DNA of 64,000 nt from Candidatus Nanosyncoccus nanoralicus. Lineage in GTDB: Bacteria > Patescibacteriota > Saccharimonadia > Saccharimonadales > Saccharimonadaceae. Shown here in pieces: positions 37,879 to 46,943 of this stretch. The translations under genes and the position numbers were made by a program. The notes under the pieces were generated by a model. The model was not told where the DNA came from and ran no database searches. It saw only the letters and a program-made list of their open reading frames with translations. The DNA is taken from NCBI GenBank assembly GCA_963545055.1, contig CAUUHT010000002.1, positions 7,789 through 71,788 on the forward strand, in the 5' to 3' direction. Within the stretch, counting starts at the first letter, position 1, and each line of letters opens with the position of its first letter.

Positions 37879-40128
37879 CTAAACTTTGTTGATAACTGGA
37901 ATAACAATTGGAGTGTGTCCAGTTGCATCGTAGAGGATTCGAGTAATATCTTCCTTAATCTCGTCTTTTAGAACTTTGAGTTCAGGATCGGAGGAAATTG
38001 ATTTTTCGGTCTTTACACGAAGGTAATGGCGGATTTTACCAATCAGTTCCTCTGAGTTGTCTAGATAAATAAAGGCGCGAGAAACGATGTCTGGGGTCTT
38101 GATGAGACGACCGGTTTTCTTACTGAGGGTAAGAACAATCATAAAGATACCTTCACGAGAGATGTGAATACGATCCTTGACGACAGCTTCATGTACAGGC
38201 TTATCAGCATCGTCATAGAGCTTATTGCCAACATGAATGCGACCATTTTTGCGAATAGTTTGGTTTGGTAAGAGCTCGACAATATCACCGTCATCGGCAA
38301 CAAGAATATTATCGTGAGGAATACCAACCACATTTTCAGCCATCTCTGCATTATGCTCCATCATGAAGAATTCGCCGTGATATGGCAGGTAATTCTTTGG
38401 TTGCAGGCGAGTAACAAAATCAACGTGATCCTCATAATAGGCGTGACCAGAGAGATGAAGTGGCCCAATATTGGTGAGGTGAGTTTTGCCGTTTTGAATA
38501 ACCTGAGCACCTTCACGCAATAATCCATCAACGGTATTCACAACATGAGGCTCGTTACCTGGAATTGGATTTGAACTAAAGACGATAGTATCAGAAGCCT
38601 TAATTTTAATAAATTTATGAGCGCCACTAACCATACGATTAAGTACAGCGTTCAACTCACCCTGAGAACCAGTACAGACGATAGTAACTTTTTCATCAGG
38701 AAGCTTAATAATGTCCTCCATCTTCATGACGGTATCTTTTGGCACTTTAATACATTTAGCTCGTAAAGCAACCTCAATATTATTAATCATGGAGAAACCA
38801 GCGAAAGCAACTTTGCGACCACGCTGGTAAGCCTGCTCAAGGATCATGCCGATACGATTAATCTGTGAAGAAAAACAGGAGATAATGACGCGACCATTAG
38901 CATAATGATCCATTACCTTGCCGATATTATCACCAACGTCATATTCGGAATGTGGGTGATGACCAGGAGAATCAATGTTGGTTGATTCGTTAATCATGAG
39001 AGCAATTCCCTCTTTCTTGACGATTTCATCAATACGTTCAAAGTCAGTTTGACGCTCGATCGGGTTTGCTTCGGCACGCCAGTCGCCAGAAAGGTAAATC
39101 ACGCCATTTGGAGTGCGAATCACTAGAGCACAGTTACCTGGAATGGAATGAAGAGTGTGAATAAATTCAACACTTAAATGTTCAGAAACTTGAAGCTTCT
39201 CATGCTTTAGCGGATCAACAACCTGATAATTCATCTCAGGAAGATCATCAAGCTCACTCATCTGTTTTTTAATCATGCCGATAGTGAAGTCGGTGGCATA
39301 AATAGGGGTGAGTGGATTGAATTTTGGTAACAGATGACGACAAGCACCGATATGATCAAGGTGGGCATGAGTAAAGAGAATCGCCTTAATTTTATCCATA
39401 TTATCTTCGAGATATTTGATGTCTGGTACCATGTAGTTGACGCCTGGATAATCCTCGCTGGCGAACAAAACACCCATATCGATAAGAATGATCTCGCTTT
39501 TATATTCAATGGCAGTCATATTCTTACCGATACCAAATTCACCTAGGCCGCCGATTGGGATAATGCGAACGGCTTCAGGATCTGGGCGAGCCGATTTGAG
39601 CTGAGCATTTGTAACCTGTGTACCATTGTAACCGTTAAAACGGGATTTATTAACTGGAATGCCAATGATGTGCTGAGTGGCCTGCGCATTTACATCTTGA
39701 GAGAGCATGCGCTGATGATGGACCATATCACCGCGTCTGGTGGAGACAGAGAGATTAACCTTGCGGTCCTCGGCTTCAACATTCTTAGTATTCTTATTGG
39801 ATTTAGGAGCTTTGCTTTTATTGCCTTTTTTATTCCTTTGCTGATCGGAGTTCTTAGCAGAGTTTCCATCAAAACCATTTTGTTCATTTGAAAAGTTTGA
39901 CTTCTTTTTAGAACGAGCAGAATAATCCTTGCCACCTGGTTTAAAGTTGCTATTAAAATTACGTTTTTGGGCTTGCTCAAAAATGACTGCAGCACCAGTA
40001 GTAACTTCGGTTGGCTCGGAGATTTTAGTACGATTTTGATTCTCCTCAAAGCGACGCTTAATCTCTGGCAAGCGCTCTGCCTGCATTTTCATGAGTCTAG
40101 CGCGTCTTTCTTGTTCTTGTTTATTCAT
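37879..40128 (-). CDS. rnj: ribonuclease J with a ~190-aa K/N/R/Q-rich N-terminal extension
   Basis: 749 aa with a metallo-beta-lactamase/beta-CASP core: IPIGGLGEFGKNM, FTHAHLDHIGA, and HLSGHAYYEDH near the C-terminal domain. Confidence 0.9.
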   Translation of the reverse strand: MNKQEQERRARLMKMQAERLPEIKRRFEENQNRTKISEPTEVTTGAAVIFEQAQKRNFNSNFKPGGKDYSARSKKKSNFSNEQNGFDGNSAKNSDQQRNKKGNKSKAPKSNKNTKNVEAEDRKVNLSVSTRRGDMVHHQRMLSQDVNAQATQHIIGIPVNKSRFNGYNGTQVTNAQLKSARPDPEAVRIIPIGGLGEFGIGKNMTAIEYKSEIILIDMGVLFASEDYPGVNYMVPDIKYLEDNMDKIKAILFTHAHLDHIGACRHLLPKFNPLTPIYATDFTIGMIKKQMSELDDLPEMNYQVVDPLKHEKLQVSEHLSVEFIHTLHSIPGNCALVIRTPNGVIYLSGDWRAEANPIERQTDFERIDEIVKKEGIALMINESTNIDSPGHHPHSEYDVGDNIGKVMDHYANGRVIISCFSSQINRIGMILEQAYQRGRKVAFAGFSMINNIEVALRAKCIKVPKDTVMKMEDIIKLPDEKVTIVCTGSQGELNAVLNRMVSGAHKFIKIKASDTIVFSSNPIPGNEPHVVNTVDGLLREGAQVIQNGKTHLTNIGPLHLSGHAYYEDHVDFVTRLQPKNYLPYHGEFFMMEHNAEMAENVVGIPHDNILVADDGDIVELLPNQTIRKNGRIHVGNKLYDDADKPVHEAVVKDRIHISREGIFMIVLTLSKKTGRLIKTPDIVSRAFIYLDNSEELIGKIRHYLRVKTEKSISSDPELKVLKDEIKEDITRILYDATGHTPIVIPVINKV

Positions 40129-40354
40129 GTTTTCCTCTTTTAATAATAAAGACTTACAAAATTAACAAACAAAAAATCTCTTGGAATATTTCTTGTTGTG
40201 TTTAAAAATAAGTAAGATTAATTATTTATATTATAGCAGAGTAGACATGACTTTACAAGATCTTGGCGGCGATAAGAGTTGTATTATAATGAAAGCTAGG
40301 ATATAGAAATGAGATATAGAGCGCAAAGAATAACAGACTAGAGGAGGTTATTAG

Positions 40355-41047
40355 ATGATTTCATTAACTAATGTAAGTAAAATTTATCGGACTGGAGAGA
40401 TTGAATATCGAGCGCTTGATAATGTTAATCTTGAGATTTTTGAGGGTGAATTTGTAGTTATATTAGGACCTTCGGGTGCGGGAAAATCAACACTTTTAAA
40501 TTTACTTGGCGGGATGGATAGGCCGACGACTGGGCAGATAGTAGTAAATGGTACTGACATCTCAGATTTTTCGGATAAACAGTTAACAAAATTTAGAGCC
40601 GAACAAATTGGATTTGTATTTCAAGCATACAACATACTCCCAACTCTGACCGTTGAAGAAAATGTTGCGATAATGAAAGACATAATAAAAATCAAGACGG
40701 ATCCGCTAAAAATGCTTGAGTTAGTGGGTCTTCGCAAACATGCAAAGAAGTTTCCTAGCGAACTTTCTGGCGGAGAACAGCAACGAGTCTCAATCGCGAG
40801 AGCCGTCGTAAAAAGGCCTGCGATTTTGCTTTGCGATGAGCCAACAGGAGCGCTTGATTCAAATACTGGAGTACAGATTCTAAAGTTACTTAAGAAACAG
40901 GCTAATAAGCATACGACCGTAATTGTGGTAACGCATAATGCATTGATTGCTGAGGTTGCGGACAGGATAATTCGTCTTAAAAATGGTCAAATTGAAACAA
41001 ACCATAAGAATTCTCATATTAAAGATATCGACGAGGTGGAGTGGTAA
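40355..41047 (+). CDS. ABC transporter ATP-binding protein (MacB/LolD/YbbA-like)
   Basis: [30 protein letters not shown] and [14 protein letters not shown] gaggaggttattagATG. Confidence 0.9.
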   Translation: MISLTNVSKIYRTGEIEYRALDNVNLEIFEGEFVVILGPSGAGKSTLLNLLGGMDRPTTGQIVVNGTDISDFSDKQLTKFRAEQIGFVFQAYNILPTLTVEENVAIMKDIIKIKTDPLKMLELVGLRKHAKKFPSELSGGEQQRVSIARAVVKRPAILLCDEPTGALDSNTGVQILKLLKKQANKHTTVIVVTHNALIAEVADRIIRLKNGQIETNHKNSHIKDIDEVEW

Positions 41048-43479
41048 TGTTATTTCTAAAAATGCTGCGTGATGTACGCAAGAACTTCTCCCAGTTTTTA
41101 ATGATCTTCTTAATGGTTCTCCTAGGAACTGCGGCCTGCAGCGGAATTGACGGATATATTCAGGGGATGCAATCTGCCGTTGACCGCTTTTACGAAGAAG
41201 GAAAATTGCAAGATTTAAATATCCGAGGCGCACTTTCTGAAGAGGATCTTAAAAAGGTAAGTGAATTTGATGGAGTGCAAAAAGCGGAAGGAAAATTAGT
41301 AGCAAAAGGCCAAGTTTTAAATATCTTAAAAGCCAAAAATGAACCTAGTGAGCAAAGTCAGACCACAGCAAATACAGGGACTAAAAATAATAATCAGGAA
41401 ACTGAGACCCAAAAGATTGATGAGCAGAACAAGGAATATGAGGATTATAAATTAGAGCTGAATCTTTTACGTAGTAATGAAATTGCAAAGTTTACTGTTG
41501 AACAGGGTGAGGGCTTTGCAGCTTCAAGTGACAAAATATGGATTGATGCCTATTTTGCTAAAAAGAATCAACTTAAGGTTAATGATGAAATTGTTTTTAA
41601 GTATCTCGGCAAGACTTTTAAAAAATCCATTGCAGGGATCGTTTATATTCCTGATCATGTGTATGTTTCAAAAAGTAGCTCTGAAATTCTTCCGGATAAC
41701 CTGAAGTATGCATACGCATTTATGGACTACCAGAAACTAATGTCAGAATTTAACCAGCCTGGGCTCTCCAATATTAAAACAATATACAGCCAGATTATGG
41801 TTAGAGTGAAAGAGGTTGAACGAACCGATAATGTAAAATCCGAAATTCAGGATTACTTTAAAAAACGTGCAGTGGTAACAAAGATGCGCGAAGAGCCAAG
41901 CGTGAAGGTGCTACAGGGAGAAATTGATGAAACTTCTAGTATTATCGGTATCTTTACTGGATTTTTTATTCTGATTTCTATCTTATCTGTAGCGACAACC
42001 ATGACTAGACTAATTAGTCGCGATCGTACAAAAATTGGAACCTTAGAGGCATTGGGTTTTTCAAATGCAAAAATTTTCTGGCACTATATTTCTTATGGTG
42101 TTTATCTGAGTGTGCTTGGTGGGTTGGTTGGCATAATTGTCGGACCACTAATGATTTCAAAGTTCTTTATGAATAATGCAATGCGCTTCTTTGAGGTACC
42201 AAACTGTAATCCTGTCTTAACTACTATGAGCATCATTGTCTATATTTGTCTGACTATTAGCATTGCAATTACCTGTTATTTGGCAACTAGACACATTATT
42301 AAACAAAGTACAACTGAAATTTTACGGCCAGAACAACCAAAAATTAATAGTCGAAAAATGAGATTTACGACTTCGGGTAATTTTGCTAAACTGAGTTTTA
42401 CTTCACGCTGGAATTTGCGTGACATGCTTAGGAATCGTGGACGTATGATCACTACGGTTGTCGGTATTTCTGGCGCAATTGCGCTAGTGGTGATGGCATT
42501 TGGCGTTTATACTTCAATGAATAATTTTATCGAAACTGAAATCAACATGATCAACAACTTTGAAAACACTGCAATGATTGATGCGAACAAGACGGAAACT
42601 GCCGATATGAAGAAAATAGCAGATACTTTCACGAATAACTCTGAACAAAAATATATTGAGCTAGTGGACAAAAATAATCAAAGCTATTTAACAACCAATC
42701 TTTTTATTGATAACTCCGGGGGTGCAATAAGGTTTTTAAACGAGCAGAGAGAAACCACGGAACTGGACAATACTGGTGTAAATATTTCGAGAAAAATCGC
42801 CACAGAACACGGACTTAGGATCGGAGATACAATACGCTGGAGAAATGTCGGTGACACAAAAATTTATGAAGCAAAAATTACCAAACTAATAGTGAAGCAA
42901 CAAACGCAAAATCTAACTATCACAAAAGACTTTTACGAAAGGATGGGAGAAAAGTATACGCCAACTACTTTTTATCTTTCTGACAACGACCTCACAAAAA
43001 ATGAAGAACTAACTAAATACCTTAATGTACAATCAAAGGCCGTGATGACAGATAACTTAAAGCAAATGCTAAAAACCATTTTAAATACATTGGCGGTTTT
43101 ATTATCTCTAGCGATCTTTCTGGGCATTGTTGTGTTTTATAATATGGGGATTTTAAGCTTTTGCGAACAGGAGATACAATTTGCAACAATGAAGGTTATC
43201 GGATTCTCGAGCGCAAAACTATCAAAGATTTTTACCTGGCAAAATATTTTTATTACGATTCTTTCAGGGTTAATTGGCTTGCCACTTGGTCTAATATTTA
43301 CTAATTATATCTATCAAGTCTCTGTAGATGATGCATATGATATTCAAACTTTTATTCCATGGACTGTACTAGCATTAAGCATGTTGGGTGCTTTAACTCT
43401 CTCAGTCATACTTTCTAGATTCCTTGCGGTAAAGATTCGTCGCATTGACATGGTAAAAGCACTTAAAACTGGAGAATAA
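41047..43479 (+). CDS. FtsX-family ABC transporter permease (YbbP-like, two FtsX modules, large extracytoplasmic domain)
   Basis: About 810 aa. I chose ATG 41047, which overlaps the ATPase stop as TAATG, rather than the track's GTG 41041. There are two clusters of 4 TM helices plus a ~270-aa loop after TM1. Confidence 0.85.
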   Translation: MLFLKMLRDVRKNFSQFLMIFLMVLLGTAACSGIDGYIQGMQSAVDRFYEEGKLQDLNIRGALSEEDLKKVSEFDGVQKAEGKLVAKGQVLNILKAKNEPSEQSQTTANTGTKNNNQETETQKIDEQNKEYEDYKLELNLLRSNEIAKFTVEQGEGFAASSDKIWIDAYFAKKNQLKVNDEIVFKYLGKTFKKSIAGIVYIPDHVYVSKSSSEILPDNLKYAYAFMDYQKLMSEFNQPGLSNIKTIYSQIMVRVKEVERTDNVKSEIQDYFKKRAVVTKMREEPSVKVLQGEIDETSSIIGIFTGFFILISILSVATTMTRLISRDRTKIGTLEALGFSNAKIFWHYISYGVYLSVLGGLVGIIVGPLMISKFFMNNAMRFFEVPNCNPVLTTMSIIVYICLTISIAITCYLATRHIIKQSTTEILRPEQPKINSRKMRFTTSGNFAKLSFTSRWNLRDMLRNRGRMITTVVGISGAIALVVMAFGVYTSMNNFIETEINMINNFENTAMIDANKTETADMKKIADTFTNNSEQKYIELVDKNNQSYLTTNLFIDNSGGAIRFLNEQRETTELDNTGVNISRKIATEHGLRIGDTIRWRNVGDTKIYEAKITKLIVKQQTQNLTITKDFYERMGEKYTPTTFYLSDNDLTKNEELTKYLNVQSKAVMTDNLKQMLKTILNTLAVLLSLAIFLGIVVFYNMGILSFCEQEIQFATMKVIGFSSAKLSKIFTWQNIFITILSGLIGLPLGLIFTNYIYQVSVDDAYDIQTFIPWTVLALSMLGALTLSVILSRFLAVKIRRIDMVKALKTGE

Positions 43480-43486
43480 AATAACG

Positions 43487-44140
43487 TCACCTGGTCATAT
43501 TTCTGGCAATTTTCAGGAAATAAAATCGCTCAAGATTGCCATTTTTGCCAGCGAGAATATTATCACGCTTATTAATAATAAGGAAGCCATTATTCTTCAG
43601 CCAGGACTCAAAGTCCTTAATTATACTGCGACGAATGGCCTCGTTTTTAATAATTCCATTTTTTAGTTGAAACGTCTTAGCTTCAAATTGCGGTTTTAAC
43701 ATGACGAGAAAATCAGTTTGAGAGGAAGCGAGCTGATCCTTGGCGTGAATTAAAACCTGTTTTAAAGAAATAAAGGAGACATCAGCGAGAATGGTGTCAA
43801 CTTTAATTTCACCTTGATTCTTCGACAACGAGTCACGAGTTACCGAAAAAATATCGGTTTTTTCTCGTAAATCGATACGTGAATCAAAACGAAGTGGTGC
43901 CTTCATTTGTTTGGTTCCTTTCTCTATAGCAATTACTTTTATAGCACCGCGAAGTAATGTATATTCAGTAAAACCACCAGTACTGGAACCGATATCGAGG
44001 ACGGTTTTACCCCGAAAGTCATAAGAAAAAGCCTGCGCCGCCCCCGCAAGCTTATTCTCAGCTCGTGATACTGGCATACGATTATGCGTAGTCTGCATAT
44101 TCATATGTGATTTTAAGCCCCGATCACGTGACGAGCGCAT
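43487..44140 (-). CDS. tlyA: TlyA-family rRNA 2'-O-methyltransferase lacking the N-terminal S4 domain
   Basis: SRAENKLAGAAQAF and VLDIGSSTGGFTEYTLLRGAIKVIAIEKG. The start is trimmed to ATG 44140, which abuts the efp stop at 44142. The longer track ORF would overlap efp. Confidence 0.75.
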   Translation of the reverse strand: MRSSRDRGLKSHMNMQTTHNRMPVSRAENKLAGAAQAFSYDFRGKTVLDIGSSTGGFTEYTLLRGAIKVIAIEKGTKQMKAPLRFDSRIDLREKTDIFSVTRDSLSKNQGEIKVDTILADVSFISLKQVLIHAKDQLASSQTDFLVMLKPQFEAKTFQLKNGIIKNEAIRRSIIKDFESWLKNNGFLIINKRDNILAGKNGNLERFYFLKIARNMTR

Positions 44141-44141
44141 T

Positions 44142-44702
44142 TTATTTTTGACGCTCACGATAGGCGTAAGTTTCCGTATCAACAGAAATTACGTCACCAG
44201 TCTTAATAAAGGCAGGTACTTTTACGACGACGCCAGTCTCAAGAGTAGCGTCCTTCATGACTGAAGTGGAAGTGTCACCCTTGACAGCATTTTCAGTATA
44301 AGTGACTTCAAGCCAAAGATTTTTAGGAAGGGTAAGGTTGATAGCGGAACCATTATAGAACTGGATTTCCATCTCGTCACCATCTTTCATAAAATCCTTG
44401 GAATCACCAACTAAATCATTCGATAATTCATATTGCTCGAAGGTGGTTGGATCCATAAAGTAGAACTTATCATCGTCCTTATAAAGATATTGAACCTTTT
44501 TAGTAGTAACTTCTGCTGGCTCAATTTTTTCTTGACCCTTGAAGGTCTTTGGAATAAGAGCACCGGTGATTAAGTTCTTAACACGAACGTTAACGATAGA
44601 ACCGCCGCGTCCCATAACTTTTTGTGAATACTCAATAACCTTGTATGGCTGGCCGTCCAAGGTAATGAGTACGTTTTTCTTAAGATCGGTTGGACCGTAC
44701 AT
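44142..44702 (-). CDS. efp: elongation factor P
   Basis: 186 aa. LDGQPYKVIEYSQKVMGRGGSIVNVRVKNLITG is an EF-P N-domain with a Thermus-type GRGG loop. Confidence 0.95.
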   Translation of the reverse strand: MYGPTDLKKNVLITLDGQPYKVIEYSQKVMGRGGSIVNVRVKNLITGALIPKTFKGQEKIEPAEVTTKKVQYLYKDDDKFYFMDPTTFEQYELSNDLVGDSKDFMKDGDEMEIQFYNGSAINLTLPKNLWLEVTYTENAVKGDTSTSVMKDATLETGVVVKVPAFIKTGDVISVDTETYAYRERQK

Positions 44703-44714
44703 AGTTTTCTCCTT

Positions 44715-44921
44715 TTAGTTGGCAGATACAAATGGAAGCAATGCAAGGTGACGAGCACGCTTGATGGCAACAGCTAATTGTCTTTGCTGCTTAGCGGATA
44801 AACCAGTCTTTGAAATTGGCTCAATACGACCGTAAACGTCGATATAACGCTGCATAGTCTTTACATCACGATAGTCGAAGTAAAGATTTGGATCATTTTT
44901 AATTCTTTTCATTTCTCTCAA
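44715..44921 (-). CDS. rpsR: 30S ribosomal protein S18
   Basis: 68 aa with [12 protein letters not shown]...[25 protein letters not shown]. Confidence 0.95.
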   Translation of the reverse strand: MREMKRIKNDPNLYFDYRDVKTMQRYIDVYGRIEPISKTGLSAKQQRQLAVAIKRARHLALLPFVSAN

Positions 44922-44941
44922 AACTCTCTCTTAATTAATTT

Positions 44942-45385
44942 TTAGAATGGAACCTCACTGAGGTCAATAGGCTCATCTGGGATATCATCAGGAATGATAT
45001 CGGCAGATTCATCACTACTACTTGGAGCATAACTTCTGGAAGAAGAACCTTCGCCTGCACCACCTAAGAAGTTGAAATCTTCGACAACGATTTCGGTGGC
45101 TGAGCGCTTTGCGCCAGTCTTATCTTCAAAGGCACGCTGAGAAAGACGTCCGGAAACAAGAATGCCGGTTCCCTTCTTAGCGTATTGAGCGATAATCTCG
45201 CCAGCTTTACCCCAAGCAGAACAGTTAATATAGGAAACTTGTTCCTTTTTCTCGCCGTTCTGAACATAATTGTAATTTACTGCTACAGAGAACGAGCAGA
45301 CCTGAGTGCCACCAGATGTGGCTCTAAGCTCAGGATCGCGTACTACGTTACCTGTAATGATTGCCTTACTAAATCCCCGCGCCAT
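44942..45385 (-). CDS. ssb: single-stranded DNA-binding protein
   Basis: 147 aa with an OB fold (IITGNVVRDPELR) and an acidic tail ending DLSEVPF. Confidence 0.95.
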   Translation of the reverse strand: MARGFSKAIITGNVVRDPELRATSGGTQVCSFSVAVNYNYVQNGEKKEQVSYINCSAWGKAGEIIAQYAKKGTGILVSGRLSQRAFEDKTGAKRSATEIVVEDFNFLGGAGEGSSSRSYAPSSSDESADIIPDDIPDEPIDLSEVPF

Positions 45386-45404
45386 AAAAACCTCCTCGTT
45401 TTAT

Positions 45405-45761
45405 TTATTCTGCTGACTCTTCGGTATCTTTAGTCTTCTCTGCACGAGCTTTGCGCTTAGCTTCAAATTTAGCTTTGCGTTCATCGACAGTGACTAAGAG
45501 ATAACGTAAGACTTCGTCGGTGATGTTAAGGGTGGAAGAAATCTTAGCTGGAGCCTGAGCTGGAAGCTCAAGTTCGTAGAAGTAGTAAACTGCGTAATCT
45601 TGCTTGTTGATAGAATAAGCAAGACGCTTCTTACCTTCGTTGGTTTCCTTAACGATTTTACCGTTTTGTGACTCGATTAATTTATTAATCTTGTCTAGGG
45701 CTGGTGTTAGATTCATTTCCAAATCAGGATGAATCAACACAGTAAGTTCATACTGTTTCAC
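45405..45761 (-). CDS. rpsF: 30S ribosomal protein S6 (GTG start)
   Basis: 118 aa, KQYELTVLIHPDL. SD aaaggagtgcaaaGTG. Part of the rpsF-ssb-rpsR cluster. Confidence 0.93.
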   Translation of the reverse strand: MKQYELTVLIHPDLEMNLTPALDKINKLIESQNGKIVKETNEGKKRLAYSINKQDYAVYYFYELELPAQAPAKISSTLNITDEVLRYLLVTVDERKAKFEAKRKARAEKTKDTEESAE

Positions 45762-45780
45762 TTTGCACTCCTTTGGTTAA

Positions 45781-45806
45781 AGCAAGCACACCTCTTGTCG
45801 CTTGCT
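45781..45806 (-). promoter_or_regulatory. hairpin in the rpsF 5' leader (candidate S6:S18 autoregulatory element)
   Basis: The minus strand reads agcaagc-gacaagaggtgt-gcttgct about 20 nt upstream of the SD. Assigning it to the known rpsF-leader motif is a guess. Confidence 0.3.
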
Positions 45807-45927
45807 GAGCTAATAATGATTTAATTATACCAGATCGAGGCGATTTTTTCAACTAGCAAGGAATGTCAGATATGCTGTTTATGTTTTTAAATAAAACTTA
45901 TGCTACAATCAAGAAAAAGGAGAACGC

Positions 45928-46830
45928 ATGGATAGCGAAAATAATCTAAATCAAGATAATACCATGAATAGTAGTGAGTCCTCTCTTGATGCTAATCAGA
46001 TGAATGTAGAATCATCCGAGAGCATGACGGCAGAGAGTGGCTCTAGTGCCTGGATCGACGCATCGCCAGAAAATACTACAGAGATGGGTGACGTGACTGA
46101 GGAGCCAGTAGTCAAACAAGAAGATACTTTCAAGTCCACGGAGAAATCTGTGGATAAACCAGAGCAAGAAGTAGCTAGCCCTAGCGTGCAACCTATGCCA
46201 ACTTTCGAGACGCCTGCAGTTCAGCAAGTAGATGCAGAAAAGAAGAAAATGTCACTGACTCCACTTTTTGCCTTAACTACAGTCGCAGCAGTTGGCGCAC
46301 TTGCTTATACTATTATTACAAGCCAAAACCAGCGTCAGCAGTTATATCATGATCTTTCGGTCTCGAAAGAAGAAACAAAGAAGGCTCAAGAGACTGTAAT
46401 AAAACTGGAAGAAGCCAGCAAGGCTGAGCAATCTGTCGCAAAAGAAACGAAGACGACCGAAACTGAAACAAAAGAAGTAAAGCCCGATCAAACCGTGGCT
46501 AAGAATGCTGCCTATGATATAAAATTCCAGCAACTACTCGACTTGATAGATAAGAGAGAAAGAGATTCAATTACTAGTGGCCAAATCTTTACGAATAAGG
46601 CTGGCACCTATCTCTATGCATCACTACAAGTTGGAGGTGGCGATAAAGAATATTACCGAGAGTTACCAAATGGGAACTGGAAATTTGGGTTTGGCGCCCA
46701 GATGCTTACAAGATGCTCAGAATTTTCAGCTGAAATTCGTAAGATTTATCATGATGTCGAAAGGCCAGACGGTCAAAAGAATTATGACTGTATGAAAGGC
46801 AACGACATGAATGATACTGAACACCTTTAA
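45928..46830 (+). CDS. hypothetical membrane-anchored protein, paralog A of a three-member family (acidic tail, TM, coiled coil, 2-Cys head domain)
   Basis: 300 aa with TM LTPLFALTTVAAVGALAYTII and a head containing IFTNKAGTYLYA and YYRELPNGNWKFG...C...C, shared with the 49287 and 50058 genes. Confidence 0.65.
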   Translation: MDSENNLNQDNTMNSSESSLDANQMNVESSESMTAESGSSAWIDASPENTTEMGDVTEEPVVKQEDTFKSTEKSVDKPEQEVASPSVQPMPTFETPAVQQVDAEKKKMSLTPLFALTTVAAVGALAYTIITSQNQRQQLYHDLSVSKEETKKAQETVIKLEEASKAEQSVAKETKTTETETKEVKPDQTVAKNAAYDIKFQQLLDLIDKRERDSITSGQIFTNKAGTYLYASLQVGGGDKEYYRELPNGNWKFGFGAQMLTRCSEFSAEIRKIYHDVERPDGQKNYDCMKGNDMNDTEHL

Positions 46831-46840
46831 GATTTGAATA

Positions 46841-46872
46841 AAAATATAGCTTCCAGGAAGCTATATTTTTTT
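46841..46872. terminator. bidirectional terminator between paralog A and ftsK
   Basis: atatagctt-ccagg-aagctatat hairpin with flanking A and T runs. Confidence 0.75.
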
Positions 46873-46943
46873 GGTGTTTTGACTAAGTTGATAGATCTGG
46901 CGTGCTGTTTTTTGAACCACCAAGATCTATCGTTATAATCTAT

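Noticed and set aside
44570-44640. EF-P loop has Arg (GRGG) instead of the Lys modified in E. coli, raising the idea of an unusual modification system
   Set aside because: The KxGRGG loop is the same type as in Thermus thermophilus EF-P, a known variant. No modification genes (earP, epmA/B, ymfI) are in the window, so nothing new can be claimed.
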